Counted from the stretch's first letter, positions 1 to 9,437 are shown. The stretch: 64,000 bases of DNA from a virus (IMGVR_UViG_3300020578_000020:1-64000); one strand, 5' to 3'. The notes: generated from the letters alone by a model not told the origin. A program made the numbers and translations.

Positions 1-38
1 CAAGAACTCAAGCCATCCAAAATAAAGAATTATATTTA

Positions 39-455
39 ATGGATGAATTGCTCGAATACATTAAATCGTTTGTTCCATTTAATATTGAAATGATGGGATC
101 ACATGTTAATTCTTGCGATGGGTATGACAAGTTAATGAAACGAAAATATACAATGGATGATCTACAAGAATCCATAAGAAGAGTATTAAGGGAAGAAATA
201 GAAATTCCAACGTATATCAGAAGAAGATATGTTTGTATTGATGAATACATAACAAAATTAGAAAATGGGGAAGAAACTATACCAATAATAATAAGACAAT
301 TGGATTGGTATAGTTACCAAATAATATTAACGGCATATATAAGAAGTAATTGTGGTGATAAAAATGGATATTACGAACCAGAACTACACTCAAAAATTAT
401 GGATGAATTTGGTGATAGATTACATAAATGGTATGAAGAAAATATTAATACATGA
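39..455 (+). CDS. Hypothetical protein, probably 5'-truncated by the window, with internal leader copy (MDDLQESIRRVLREE)
   Basis: Frame open from nt 3; degenerate copy of the 42-bp repeat at ~154-197; stop overlaps next ATG (ATGA). Confidence 0.7.
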   Translation: MDELLEYIKSFVPFNIEMMGSHVNSCDGYDKLMKRKYTMDDLQESIRRVLREEIEIPTYIRRRYVCIDEYITKLENGEETIPIIIRQLDWYSYQIILTAYIRSNCGDKNGYYEPELHSKIMDEFGDRLHKWYEENINT

Positions 456-1306
456 ACTTACAAGAATCCATAAGAAGAATATTAAGGGAAGAAGATTATT
501 CTCCAGCGGGAAAAAAAATCACACCCAATTCAATTATTATTCATAAGTCCAATCCGATGTTTAGAGATAAGATAATGGAACAGGGACTTAAAGTAAGGGC
601 AGGAGAATGTTACAAAGTATATGTTGGTTATGGAGTTAAGTGTAAACCCGCAATATTTGCAACCAACTCAACAAATAAAAGAGCATGGTTTGATTCTACC
701 TACGATGATGATATATGGGAGATCAATACTGAAATGATTCCTGATGTTAAGTGGTATAAAGATAGGCACTTTGAGTCAACAAAAAAACATATTGTAACAT
801 TCCAAGACATACCAAAAGAAGCGATAACTCTAAAATATGAGCGAACAGGAAGTGGTGATGTAAAAAAATGGAACAAAGATTCACCAAACTTATATGAATC
901 TATAAGAAAAATATTAAAGGAAGAAACCGAAAAAAAACCAAGAGTTTTCAATTATAAGAAATATACACTTATTTTATCAAATAATCCGTGTGATATATTC
1001 ACACATTTCAAAGTAGAAAATCTTCACGCATTAAACTATAAAAAATGTTTGGCACATAAGAACACCAAAGACAACGCATATATTGCAGGTCTTACAAATA
1101 TATCACCAAAGACAAAAAAACATTTTCTTTTTTTGAACCTTAATAGATTAGGTAAAGATAAAGAAAAAATGGGTTTAATTATGCACGAAACCATGCACTT
1201 ATCGTTAGAACTTTACAAACACGATGTTGAAAATAAAGAAGAAGAAATAATAACTTTTGCAGAAAACGAAGCTTATAAAATTTATGATATAATACAAAAT
1301 TTATGA
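452..1306 (+). CDS. Leader-bearing two-domain protein: ADP-ribosyltransferase-like domain plus HExxH domain
   Basis: MNLQESIRRILREE leader; IHKS...IMEQGL...AIFAT pattern; second internal leader NLYESIRKILKEE; HETMH motif. Confidence 0.6.
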   Translation: MNLQESIRRILREEDYSPAGKKITPNSIIIHKSNPMFRDKIMEQGLKVRAGECYKVYVGYGVKCKPAIFATNSTNKRAWFDSTYDDDIWEINTEMIPDVKWYKDRHFESTKKHIVTFQDIPKEAITLKYERTGSGDVKKWNKDSPNLYESIRKILKEETEKKPRVFNYKKYTLILSNNPCDIFTHFKVENLHALNYKKCLAHKNTKDNAYIAGLTNISPKTKKHFLFLNLNRLGKDKEKMGLIMHETMHLSLELYKHDVENKEEEIITFAENEAYKIYDIIQNL

Positions 1307-2136
1307 AACTACGAGAAAACATATTAAGAATTAAACAAATCATGGGACTTCTTACGGAAGAAGAACAAGATGACTCTATACCATATGGTATCATAGAGTT
1401 TCCAGGTGGAAACAAAATTTTGGTTGGTGATATGCACCAAACACCATTAAATTTACCTAAAGAATGGGTTCAGAAAATTGTTAGTGTTGCTAATAGTGAA
1501 GGATATTATGGTGAAGGTATTGGACTTAAACATAATCGTGCGGTTACAGAATCAAATTTTTATAATTTGTTAGACCCAAATATGCACATTGATTCTTGGG
1601 ATACAAAATTAGTAGAAAGTGGTGAAGTTCCCAAAGATAAAGAATATGTCTTTTTATATGCTTTATTTTCAAATGTAAAAGAAAATCATAGATTAGAAAA
1701 ATTACTAGATAATGTTGATAAAGGTGATACGATATTTGATGTTCTTTTAAAAACAATACCAGATTGGTCTGCCGATATGGGAAAATTTAATTTAGGTGAA
1801 AGAGAATTAGAAAAATTCCTTAAAGAAATTAGTGAAGGAAATCATAATTTTGTTGAAATGTCAAAACAAGATGCTACTGAAGAAAATTTATCTAATTTTT
1901 TGAATGTTGGTGAGAAATTACAATGGCCAGAAACAGAAGAAAATCCAAATTTATGGCAACAATATCCACATATGGCAGGAAAGTTTGCAAGAATCGCAAC
2001 GACAATAAGAGACCAATTTTTAATAAACGCGGGACCTGGTGTTTATTTTGTTGGTGCGGGACATTTAAAAGACATTATAGATATGCCAGAAGGTAAAGAA
2101 TTAAAATTAAAATTAATAGGAGGGAGTAAAATATGA
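1303..2136 (+). CDS. Leader-bearing hypothetical protein
   Basis: 277 aa; leader MKLRENILRIKQIMGLLTE; ATGA overlap. Confidence 0.75.
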   Translation: MKLRENILRIKQIMGLLTEEEQDDSIPYGIIEFPGGNKILVGDMHQTPLNLPKEWVQKIVSVANSEGYYGEGIGLKHNRAVTESNFYNLLDPNMHIDSWDTKLVESGEVPKDKEYVFLYALFSNVKENHRLEKLLDNVDKGDTIFDVLLKTIPDWSADMGKFNLGERELEKFLKEISEGNHNFVEMSKQDATEENLSNFLNVGEKLQWPETEENPNLWQQYPHMAGKFARIATTIRDQFLINAGPGVYFVGAGHLKDIIDMPEGKELKLKLIGGSKI

Positions 2137-2330
2137 AAAATAACAAATGGAATAGAAAAGATGCTGAATTAGGTAAAGAAAAGTTACTTAAAGAACTCAA
2201 AGAAGAAAAACCAGGGTGGACAAATATTTTCCGTTCTGAAGAAGATTTTGAAAATCTTGAAAAAGACCTAAATAGGTTAATTGATGAAGAAGAATTAAGA
2301 CAAGATAATAATCAAATTTATTACATATGA
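2133..2330 (+). CDS. Small hypothetical protein
   Basis: ATGA-coupled on both sides. Confidence 0.6.
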   Translation: MKNNKWNRKDAELGKEKLLKELKEEKPGWTNIFRSEEDFENLEKDLNRLIDEEELRQDNNQIYYI

Positions 2331-2854
2331 ACCTACAAGAAAACATACAGAGAATTAAACAAATGATGGGATTAGAAGAACAATCTTTTCTTCAACATAT
2401 GTTGGGTAATATAGACCGTAAAAGAAAGGAACAGAATCCTTACAGAGGTAAAGAATACAATCCCGAAAACACGGGAGATTTTTCCAATAGCAAAGTTAAA
2501 GAAGTTGTTTGGAGAGCGGGAGGAATGTACTTAGACCCAAGGTCAGGAGGATTATGGTTTGCTGAGAATAAGGAAGATGTTGAGAAATTTGCTTGGTCTG
2601 TTAGAAATGAAAAAAGAGAAGGGAAACCATATCATATTAATTTACAGAATCCATTTTATTATGATAATTTTTGGAATGGATATTTAAGAGATGCTGAAAG
2701 CCAAGGAAGAGAGGAGTTAATGGATATGTTGGCGGCAGATGGACACGATGGAATAATAATAAATACTGATACTTGGAATGATACTGGTGATGAATATTCC
2801 GTTGAATCAAAACAATATGTAGTTTTTACCCCTGAAAATGTAAAACCCGCATGA
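2327..2854 (+). CDS. Leader-bearing ADP-ribosyltransferase-like (ART-PolyVal-like) protein
   Basis: Leader MNLQENIQRIKQMMGLEE; VVWRAG...GLWFA...INLQNP...GHDGIII...QYVVFTPENVK. Confidence 0.6.
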   Translation: MNLQENIQRIKQMMGLEEQSFLQHMLGNIDRKRKEQNPYRGKEYNPENTGDFSNSKVKEVVWRAGGMYLDPRSGGLWFAENKEDVEKFAWSVRNEKREGKPYHINLQNPFYYDNFWNGYLRDAESQGREELMDMLAADGHDGIIINTDTWNDTGDEYSVESKQYVVFTPENVKPA

Positions 2855-3315
2855 TGAACCTACAAGAATCCATAAGAAGAATATTAAGGGAAGAAACTCG
2901 TTTTAATAAAATGGGGGAAGAAAAATATAAATCTTGTTCTATGTCAGACATTACAAGAATGGAAATTATTGATTCTTTTTTAAGAAAAGTGGAAAATGAT
3001 TCAGAATTTAACACCGAAGAACCAGACTATGATATGTTAATTGATGACTGGAATGGTTATGAAGACCAGGTTTACATACAGAATAAATTAGATGAAGGTA
3101 GAATTATTTTTTATGAAGGGTGGGTTGATAATTGTTGGAAAGCGATAAAAATCAAACCTGAATACAAAGGAATGAATAAAAAAGAAGTCATTGAAAATAT
3201 TATAACAAAAAGGTTTCCAAGAATTGCCGAAGAATTTAATATGGTTATTGATGATTACGGGTATTTCATCAATGAAACCGAATATATAATGTATGTAATA
3301 CTTAAAAAAATATGA
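2854..3315 (+). CDS. Leader-bearing hypothetical protein
   Basis: Exact 42-bp repeat at start (alternative ATG at 2851). Confidence 0.75.
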   Translation: MNLQESIRRILREETRFNKMGEEKYKSCSMSDITRMEIIDSFLRKVENDSEFNTEEPDYDMLIDDWNGYEDQVYIQNKLDEGRIIFYEGWVDNCWKAIKIKPEYKGMNKKEVIENIITKRFPRIAEEFNMVIDDYGYFINETEYIMYVILKKI

Positions 3316-4232
3316 ACCTACAAGAATCCATAAGAAGAATATTAAGGGAAGAATTTACCGAAGATAAGAATCTTTATGGTAATAAACTTAAAGTCTGCTC
3401 AACAAAACCAATGACAGGTTATTATAGAGATGGGTATTGTAGAACAGGAGACGATGACACAGGAAGTCATACGGTGTGTGCGAGAGTTACAGAAGAGTTT
3501 TTAGAGTTTACCAAATCAATGGGAAACAATCTTGATATGTTAGAACCTGGTGACAAATGGTGTTTATGTGCAAAAAGGTGGGAAGAAGCAAATAATGAGG
3601 GAGTGGCTCCTAAAATGATTAAAAGTTCAACAAACATCAAAACATTAGACATAATAGATAATGATGAACAAGAACTTGATGAATACGCAAGAACACTAAA
3701 AAATGCAAGAAGACAAGGTTATGGATTAAGATTTTCTAAGTCAGCGATAAAAGCAAACCCTCAAAGATTTAGAAAGTATACAAGAGACACAATGAATGAA
3801 TCTGACCCCAAGACAGGAACGGGAAAAAAACCTGAAGGTTCTGGTAGAAGATTGTATACCGATGAAAATCCAAATGATACAGTATCTGTAAAGTTTAGAA
3901 CAAAACAAGATATTGTAGATACACTAAACAAAGATAGTTTTAAATCTAAACCTCATAAAAGACAATCACAAATTATCAATCTTATCCATCAACGAATAAG
4001 AGCTGCATATCAGAACGCAAAAGATCCTGAAACAAAAAAAAGATTGAAAACTGGGTACGATTATATTCAGTCCGTTAAAGAAAAATCAAAAGAAAAAACT
4101 ATTAGGTTACAGAAACAAGAACAGAATGAAGCAGAACTAACAGAAAAGTGTTGGCCAGGTTATACTCAAAAAGGAATGAAGACAATGTTTGGTAAGAGAT
4201 ATCCTAATTGTGTAAAGAAGACAAAGAAATGA
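3312..4232 (+). CDS. Leader-bearing multi-module protein containing a DUF2237-like domain
   Basis: CSTKPMTGYYRDGYCRTG...HTVCA...PGDKWCLCAKRW; further modules after LDE, MNE, LTE; C-terminal KCWPGY...PNCV. Confidence 0.7.
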   Translation: MNLQESIRRILREEFTEDKNLYGNKLKVCSTKPMTGYYRDGYCRTGDDDTGSHTVCARVTEEFLEFTKSMGNNLDMLEPGDKWCLCAKRWEEANNEGVAPKMIKSSTNIKTLDIIDNDEQELDEYARTLKNARRQGYGLRFSKSAIKANPQRFRKYTRDTMNESDPKTGTGKKPEGSGRRLYTDENPNDTVSVKFRTKQDIVDTLNKDSFKSKPHKRQSQIINLIHQRIRAAYQNAKDPETKKRLKTGYDYIQSVKEKSKEKTIRLQKQEQNEAELTEKCWPGYTQKGMKTMFGKRYPNCVKKTKK

Positions 4233-4555
4233 ACCTACAAGAATCCATAAGAAGAATATTAAGGGAAGAAGTTAATACAAAAACATATATCCTACGAAGA
4301 TATGGTTTCGATGAACTTGAGGAAATTTTTAATCAAAAATTATCTAATCAGTCCAAAAACTTTGAACACTATAAAAATAAATCATTAGATTATTTTACAA
4401 ATGCAGTTGTAATAACAACGGTTGAAGCTATACTTGAAGATTTAACTGATGGATGGAATGAAGATTCACCAGTATCAGAAGAAAGTTTGTGTGATTTTAT
4501 AAAAAACTCATTTAGAGATGAAATTATAAAAAAATATTTAGATATTGTAATATGA
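4229..4555 (+). CDS. Leader-bearing hypothetical protein
   Basis: Start moved to ATG of exact 42-bp repeat (track start 4208). Confidence 0.75.
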   Translation: MNLQESIRRILREEVNTKTYILRRYGFDELEEIFNQKLSNQSKNFEHYKNKSLDYFTNAVVITTVEAILEDLTDGWNEDSPVSEESLCDFIKNSFRDEIIKKYLDIVI

Positions 4556-4986
4556 ACCTACAAGAATCCATAAGAAGAATATTAAGGGAAGAAAATAAAA
4601 AGTTTGGCTTACTTAGAGTGATAGAAGAGGATGGCTTATTTCAAGTTATGCAAGACACAGGACTATCTATGGGACAAATCATTATGAAGTATGATAATCT
4701 ACCAAGAGAAGTATTTTAGAGGTTCATTAAGGATTTTATTAAACACGATGGATATCTTAACCCAAATGGATTTTACAAGTTAGGATATGAAGTAGAAATA
4801 TCAAATAACAAATATGTTGATACATTTTATTTGTATGGTGATTCTGTAACGGTAGAAATAAAGGAACTTGATTATGTTTATTATAATTATAGTGGTGGTA
4901 TAGAAGATTTAGAAACTTTAACCGACGAAGAAATTTTTAATATTGTCGATGACATAACAAGTTGGTATAGTCAAAACAATTTGTAA
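4552..4986 (+). pseudogene. Leader-bearing ORF with in-frame TAG at 4717-4719
   Basis: Exact 42-bp repeat; frame continues 88 codons past the TAG to TAA 4984-4986; absent from ORF track. Confidence 0.7.
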
Positions 4987-5003
4987 TATCTAATTTTTTT
5001 TCT

Positions 5004-5011
5004 TATATTTG
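5004..5011 (+). promoter_or_regulatory. Bacteroidota-type -7 promoter box TATATTTG
   Basis: Matches TAnnTTTG; 4 nt before ATG 5016. Confidence 0.65.
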
Positions 5012-5015
5012 CTGT

Positions 5016-5339
5016 ATGACAAACCATGCGGTAGAATATTTCCACACATTAGTAGAACATAAGTTCACACCAGATCAGTATGAGGTTTTTTATAACGAGG
5101 GGAAATACCATGTTACAATTACAATTCCTAATAGTGGTAAAAACCAAATGACTTATTATGTGTATATGATGTACCAAAAAAAAATGGAAAGATGTTTAGA
5201 AGGTTTTATTAAACCTCAGAATATAAAAATATCTGTTGTCATTCCCCCTGAACTATTAAGATTAAATGTAGAAGGAAAATATGCAAGACTTAACAGAATA
5301 CTTAGAATCGATTCTACAACCGACAATATCCAAAGTTAA
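5016..5339 (+). CDS. Hypothetical protein
   Basis: 107-aa ORF heading a co-oriented cluster after a promoter box. Confidence 0.6.
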   Translation: MTNHAVEYFHTLVEHKFTPDQYEVFYNEGKYHVTITIPNSGKNQMTYYVYMMYQKKMERCLEGFIKPQNIKISVVIPPELLRLNVEGKYARLNRILRIDSTTDNIQS

Positions 5340-5508
5340 AAAAGAGGATGAGGTTTATATATTAGAAATGCCAATCAAATTAGAGTGGTATGATTATATT
5401 AATTTAGAGAACACAGATCACTTGATTACAGATACGGAAAGTTATATCACAAAAGAGATAGAAAAATACTTTCCTAAAGGTTTGAAATACCAAATAAAAA
5501 GAAAATGA
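5281..5508 (+). CDS. Hypothetical protein
   Basis: MQDLTEYLESIL...EIEKYFP, weakly like next ORF (MKDISGYIESIL...ELKTYFS). Confidence 0.6.
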   Translation: MQDLTEYLESILQPTISKVKKEDEVYILEMPIKLEWYDYINLENTDHLITDTESYITKEIEKYFPKGLKYQIKRK

Positions 5509-5786
5509 AAGACATAAGTGGATATATAGAATCAATTCTTTGTGATCGTTTACCAAACTCAAGGGTGGAGGTATACATGTTTGATCAAAAATATATCATT
5601 TCTATGAGTGTATATGATGTTAGTAGAGCAAAAAGCGAGGAGGATTTTTTAAAACTTATGATCTCTGAAGTAATTGATTCGGAATTAAAAACATATTTCT
5701 CAACAGAAATACCAAACAAAAAGATTATTAACGTATATGAAGGAAAATACTTAGAAGGTAATTGTAGATTACTTCAAGATGGTTAA
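5505..5786 (+). CDS. Hypothetical protein
   Basis: ATGA-coupled; weak similarity to 5281 ORF. Confidence 0.6.
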   Translation: MKDISGYIESILCDRLPNSRVEVYMFDQKYIISMSVYDVSRAKSEEDFLKLMISEVIDSELKTYFSTEIPNKKIINVYEGKYLEGNCRLLQDG

Positions 5787-6009
5787 TCAATTGTCGTATA
5801 AAGATATATCCGTTAGATTAAATAAAGAGGTTGATGTTTGTATTATAGTAGTTCACACAGATTCACAAAGATATATGTTTCCTTATGTCACACCAAAAAA
5901 TGGTAGATCTTCAGCAAGTATATATATTTTAGAAATGGAGGGAATGTTTCCATATGATTTTGATATTAATTTTGATTATAAAACAACCCCTGATGATACT
6001 ATAATATAG
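5779..6009 (+). CDS. Hypothetical protein
   Basis: Overlapping co-oriented ORF. Confidence 0.5.
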   Translation: MVNQLSYKDISVRLNKEVDVCIIVVHTDSQRYMFPYVTPKNGRSSASIYILEMEGMFPYDFDINFDYKTTPDDTII

Positions 6010-6094
6010 AGTATAGGATTAAATCACTCGGTTCATAGTCCTACACTCGTTTCACTTCGTTCGGAATTCACCTCATAATTTTATCCTATACTCT
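6008..6094. repeat. 12-bp perfect inverted repeat flanking CACTCG/CACTTCG motifs
   Basis: AGAGTATAGGAT 6008-6019 / ATCCTATACTCT 6083-6094. Confidence 0.75.
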
Positions 6095-6227
6095 TACATT
6101 CCTATATAAGATAAGTCTTACAATTTACCACACATATTTTATAAAAATGTAATTGGGATTACAAAAAGTTTGATAATACAATTATTTTTTTTATCTTAGG
6201 GTTATTAACAATTAAAACTCAAATAGA

Positions 6228-6623
6228 ATGAAAAAACTGATTATTTCAATAATTATTACTTTGATTACTCTAAATACATTTTCTCAAAATGTAGACCAAT
6301 TTTTGACTGAAAAAACCTTTGCTTTACATCATGAAAATATTAATCTTCTTGAAAAAAAAATGAATTTAGCGGGTCAAGAGTTAATAAAGTTTCATAAAAA
6401 TTATTCTTGTGGAATTGCTATTAATCTTTGGGCACTACCAATATTTGCAATTGGTGCATTTGCAATGGCTGAGTATGAACAAGAGTATGCTAAAGGAGCT
6501 TTTATTACAGGCGGATTAATGGTATTGGCCGGAACTTGTCAAATTATTATTAGTCATAAACACCTCAAAAAGGCAGGTTTTGTATTAAGTGGAAATTCTT
6601 TAGGTGTTAATGTAAAACTATAA
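6228..6623 (+). CDS. Signal-peptide membrane protein, Bacteroidota-like
   Basis: MKKLIISIII...NTFSQ signal; two hydrophobic helices; hairpin AAACCTCA/TGAGGTTT follows. Confidence 0.7.
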   Translation: MKKLIISIIITLITLNTFSQNVDQFLTEKTFALHHENINLLEKKMNLAGQELIKFHKNYSCGIAINLWALPIFAIGAFAMAEYEQEYAKGAFITGGLMVLAGTCQIIISHKHLKKAGFVLSGNSLGVNVKL

Positions 6624-7334
6624 ACCTCAAGAAATGAGGTTTAACTCACACAAAAAGGAATATGTATAAAAAATCTAATTCTTTATACATGATGAGGTTC
6701 TTATGTATAGACTCTATACATGATCCCCCCCATTTAATCGGTCTTCGACCTCTCCCCATTTATTACAAGACCCCCCATTACTGAGTAGACGAATTAGTAA
6801 ACGATTTAGTGATCAGTTTATTAAACCTTTCAGACTATGTGGTTCCCACAAATTACCACCAAGTTAGAGTTGATCAATAGAGTAATGTAGATGAGGTTCA
6901 TATCTCAATAGAACCTTCGGTTAATCTATTAGAATGAAATATTATACATGGTTTACATAGTTTAAGAGTCGTCTATTATTAGGGGGTCAGATGTTAAGAT
7001 GGTCCTTAGTTGGTCACTAAAGAGGTCGTTGAAGTGATAACTAATTACTATTCTAACGACATAAATGTCTGTCCACGCACTTTGTTCTTTAACTATATGT
7101 TTTTCGCTGGAAAACTCAAGTAGTCAAAAAAGTACTGTTCTTGACCCCTACAGAGGGGATTTTTTATCGCTGGTCATAGCAACAGGACCAATTGTAGTGG
7201 TAAAAAGTGGGGGAAACACTATGGGGAAAAAGTGGTAAAAGGTGGTGAGGGGGATTGTGTCGTGTTTAACGTGTGACTGACATTTTGACAAAATCAAGAA
7301 AATTAACATATTTATTTATTAACAATCCCCCCTT

Positions 7335-7616
7335 ATGAATGAACTAATAGACAAATTCGAAATAACGGTAAGTGAAAATAATGGTTCCATAATGGTCCAT
7401 TATAAACATGACGTATTGACAGGTTACTGTGAATATAAAATTGTGGAGGTAAATAACAGGTTTAAACAGAAAGCCTGGTTACTGATTAATACAGACATGG
7501 GGGATGTAATAGAGTATATACACTCTAACTCCCCACTAAAGAGTGAAGATCTTCAAGAGGTTAATAAGTTAATTAGAGATCACTCTCTTTTACAAGTTCG
7601 TTCTCTTGTATATTAA
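7335..7616 (+). CDS. Hypothetical protein
   Basis: 93-aa ORF, TATTTAT upstream. Confidence 0.55.
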   Translation: MNELIDKFEITVSENNGSIMVHYKHDVLTGYCEYKIVEVNNRFKQKAWLLINTDMGDVIEYIHSNSPLKSEDLQEVNKLIRDHSLLQVRSLVY

Positions 7617-7630
7617 TTTGAGATCACTCA

Positions 7631-7795
7631 TTAAGGTTCTAAATCTTCGTCAGTGATAATATGAGATCTAACAAAGTTTCCCACTTTAGAATGGGGGAAT
7701 TTTCTTAAAATAAAATAGGATATAACAAGGGTTATAAAAAAAAGAGATAATAATAAGGTCACTAAAACAACGTAGAAATATAAAACCTTATACAT
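7631..7795 (-). CDS. Small membrane protein
   Basis: One TM helix; ATG at 7795. Confidence 0.5.
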   Translation of the reverse strand: MYKVLYFYVVLVTLLLSLFFITLVISYFILRKFPHSKVGNFVRSHIITDEDLEP

Positions 7796-7937
7796 AACGA
7801 TTCTTATAAGTTGGTTCAATTAATGGTTCACATGGTAATGGACTAAGAGTCATAAGCGTAATCCCTAATGAAAAGAGGGGTAAAGTAAAATATATTAATA
7901 GGTTTTTCATATATAAAATAATAAATATATTAAACGA

Positions 7938-8090
7938 TTAATTCAATGGGGGTAAGATATCATAAAAGTATAATAGATATACAATGGTTAAAAGTCCAAT
8001 GATGGTAAGTATCACTTGTATTATTTTTCTAAATACCCACAGAAGATAAACACCAAACAAAAGCAAAATAAGAAATGTTATTGAAGTCAT
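7938..8090 (-). CDS. Small membrane protein
   Basis: Two hydrophobic stretches; TATCTTTG (minus strand, 8096-8103) 5 nt before ATG. Confidence 0.55.
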   Translation of the reverse strand: MTSITFLILLLFGVYLLWVFRKIIQVILTIIGLLTIVYLLYFYDILPPLN

Positions 8091-8320
8091 AACTACAAAG
8101 ATATAAATAATATTTGATGTCAACAAATGATTGATTAATTTTTTTTTTTGACCCTTATTATATTATAAGAAACGTTTGGCCCACTTATAAAAAGTGGGGC
8201 GTTGTGGAGTCTACACTCCAAAAGGTGTTCTCCCCCAGCCCAACATTCTAACGTGTTTGTTAATACAAAGATAAAAAATATAATTAACATTAACTAATGA
8301 ATGACACATTATATTTTATA

Positions 8321-8431
8321 CCTACCTTCCCCCTCCTTGGGATCTGGCATGGGGGGCCCCTCCTAAAGACTACCCCCTCCCCCCCTCCGTATCCCCCCCA
8401 TATATGACATTTTGACAGGGGAAAGGGGGGG
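8321..8431. other. Non-coding poly-C/poly-G tract, G-quadruplex potential on minus strand
   Basis: Multiple C4-C7 and G4-G7 runs in an AT-rich genome, between divergent genes. Confidence 0.7.
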
Positions 8432-8456
8432 TCAATCCTGCATGTAACATATTCGT

Positions 8457-8545
8457 AAAAAATTTCTGGAAAAATTTTTATAGAAATTTGGAATCTATTT
8501 CCCCCGTATAGAAGATCGGTATATTTATTACTAAAGAATACACTC
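8457..8545 (+). repeat. A-tract/promoter upstream block, repeated at ~10069-10159, ~14316-14393, ~14919-14993
   Basis: AAAATTTCTGGAAAAATTT...TATTTCCC...ATAGAAGATC-GTATATTTAT shared with variation. Confidence 0.8.
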
Positions 8546-8845
8546 ATGAAAAAAGTTATAAGACTTACAGAATCAGATCTCGCTCGTATTGTTAAACAAG
8601 TGATTGCCGAATCTAAAAAGAATCCAAGTAAATCTGAGATATTAAAAATGTCAAAAGACGAACTAAAAGATGTTTATGGTGAATTGGAAGTTAAAGGTGA
8701 ATACCATAGAAATGAAGGAACATTCCACCACTTCAAAAGAACTGCAATCGGAGATGTTGTTTGTAGTTTTAGAACTGATGATACAACACCATCAGGATTA
8801 AAAAGAAATACTCAAGGAATTAAAGTAAAAAATTTAGATTTTTAA
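8546..8845 (+). CDS. RLTESDL-leader hypothetical protein
   Basis: MKKVIRLTESDLARIVKQVIAE; TATTTAT upstream. Confidence 0.8.
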   Translation: MKKVIRLTESDLARIVKQVIAESKKNPSKSEILKMSKDELKDVYGELEVKGEYHRNEGTFHHFKRTAIGDVVCSFRTDDTTPSGLKRNTQGIKVKNLDF

Positions 8846-8848
8846 ATT

Positions 8849-9415
8849 ATGAAAAAAGTAATAAGACTTACAGAATCAGATTTAACCCGTATCGTTAGGC
8901 GAGTTATAAAAGAAAATGAAAAATCAAAAGGTTTTATAAATGAATTTTGGCCGTTCACTAAAAGAAAAAAACAACTAGATCCAGAACCTGAGGAAGAAGT
9001 GTATAAATCAACGGAACCCCCAAGAGAAATTGTTATAGACTTAGAACAAGTTCCAGGGTTTTTTGATTTACAATGGGATTCTAGACCAGATGAAACTAAA
9101 GTTTCGTTAAGAGGAGACGGCAACCCAGTTTATTTAGGATTTAAAGAAACCTTTGCTTTTGATAATGGTCGCCCACTTGAATTTGGAAAAAAATATTATG
9201 TTCAGTATATTAAAGATACAAATTCAATAAAAGTTTATGGAGATTGTTGCTATCATATCGGTGGAGATAGTAGGCGATTTATTCATGATAGAAGAATGGA
9301 ATACCCAAAATTTCCACAGCATGAACTTGCGAATTTGCAAAAATATGATAAGTCCCCTTTTGAAAAAGGGGATAATGTGAGGGGTATAGATATACTTGAC
9401 GTAAGAAATTATTAA
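8849..9415 (+). CDS. RLTESDL-leader hypothetical protein
   Basis: MKKVIRLTESDLTRIVRRVIKE. Confidence 0.8.
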   Translation: MKKVIRLTESDLTRIVRRVIKENEKSKGFINEFWPFTKRKKQLDPEPEEEVYKSTEPPREIVIDLEQVPGFFDLQWDSRPDETKVSLRGDGNPVYLGFKETFAFDNGRPLEFGKKYYVQYIKDTNSIKVYGDCCYHIGGDSRRFIHDRRMEYPKFPQHELANLQKYDKSPFEKGDNVRGIDILDVRNY

Positions 9416-9437
9416 AACAAATAAACATTAAATATCC

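Larger units (their letters stand above)
452..4593 (+). repeat. Dispersed 42-bp direct repeat ATGAACCTACAAGAATCCATAAGAAGAATATTAAGGGAAGAA
   Basis: Identical at 2854, 3312, 4229, 4552; one mismatch at 452; degenerate at ~154 and ~887. Confidence 0.95.

Noticed and set aside
452-4593. 42-bp repeats as a CRISPR array
   Set aside because: Intervals are 323 nt or longer and protein-coding, the repeat is translated and non-palindromic, and no cas genes are visible
8290-8547. 85-aa minus-strand ORF over the G/C tract
   Set aside because: Gly-rich translation of homopolymer runs; overlaps the repeated promoter block
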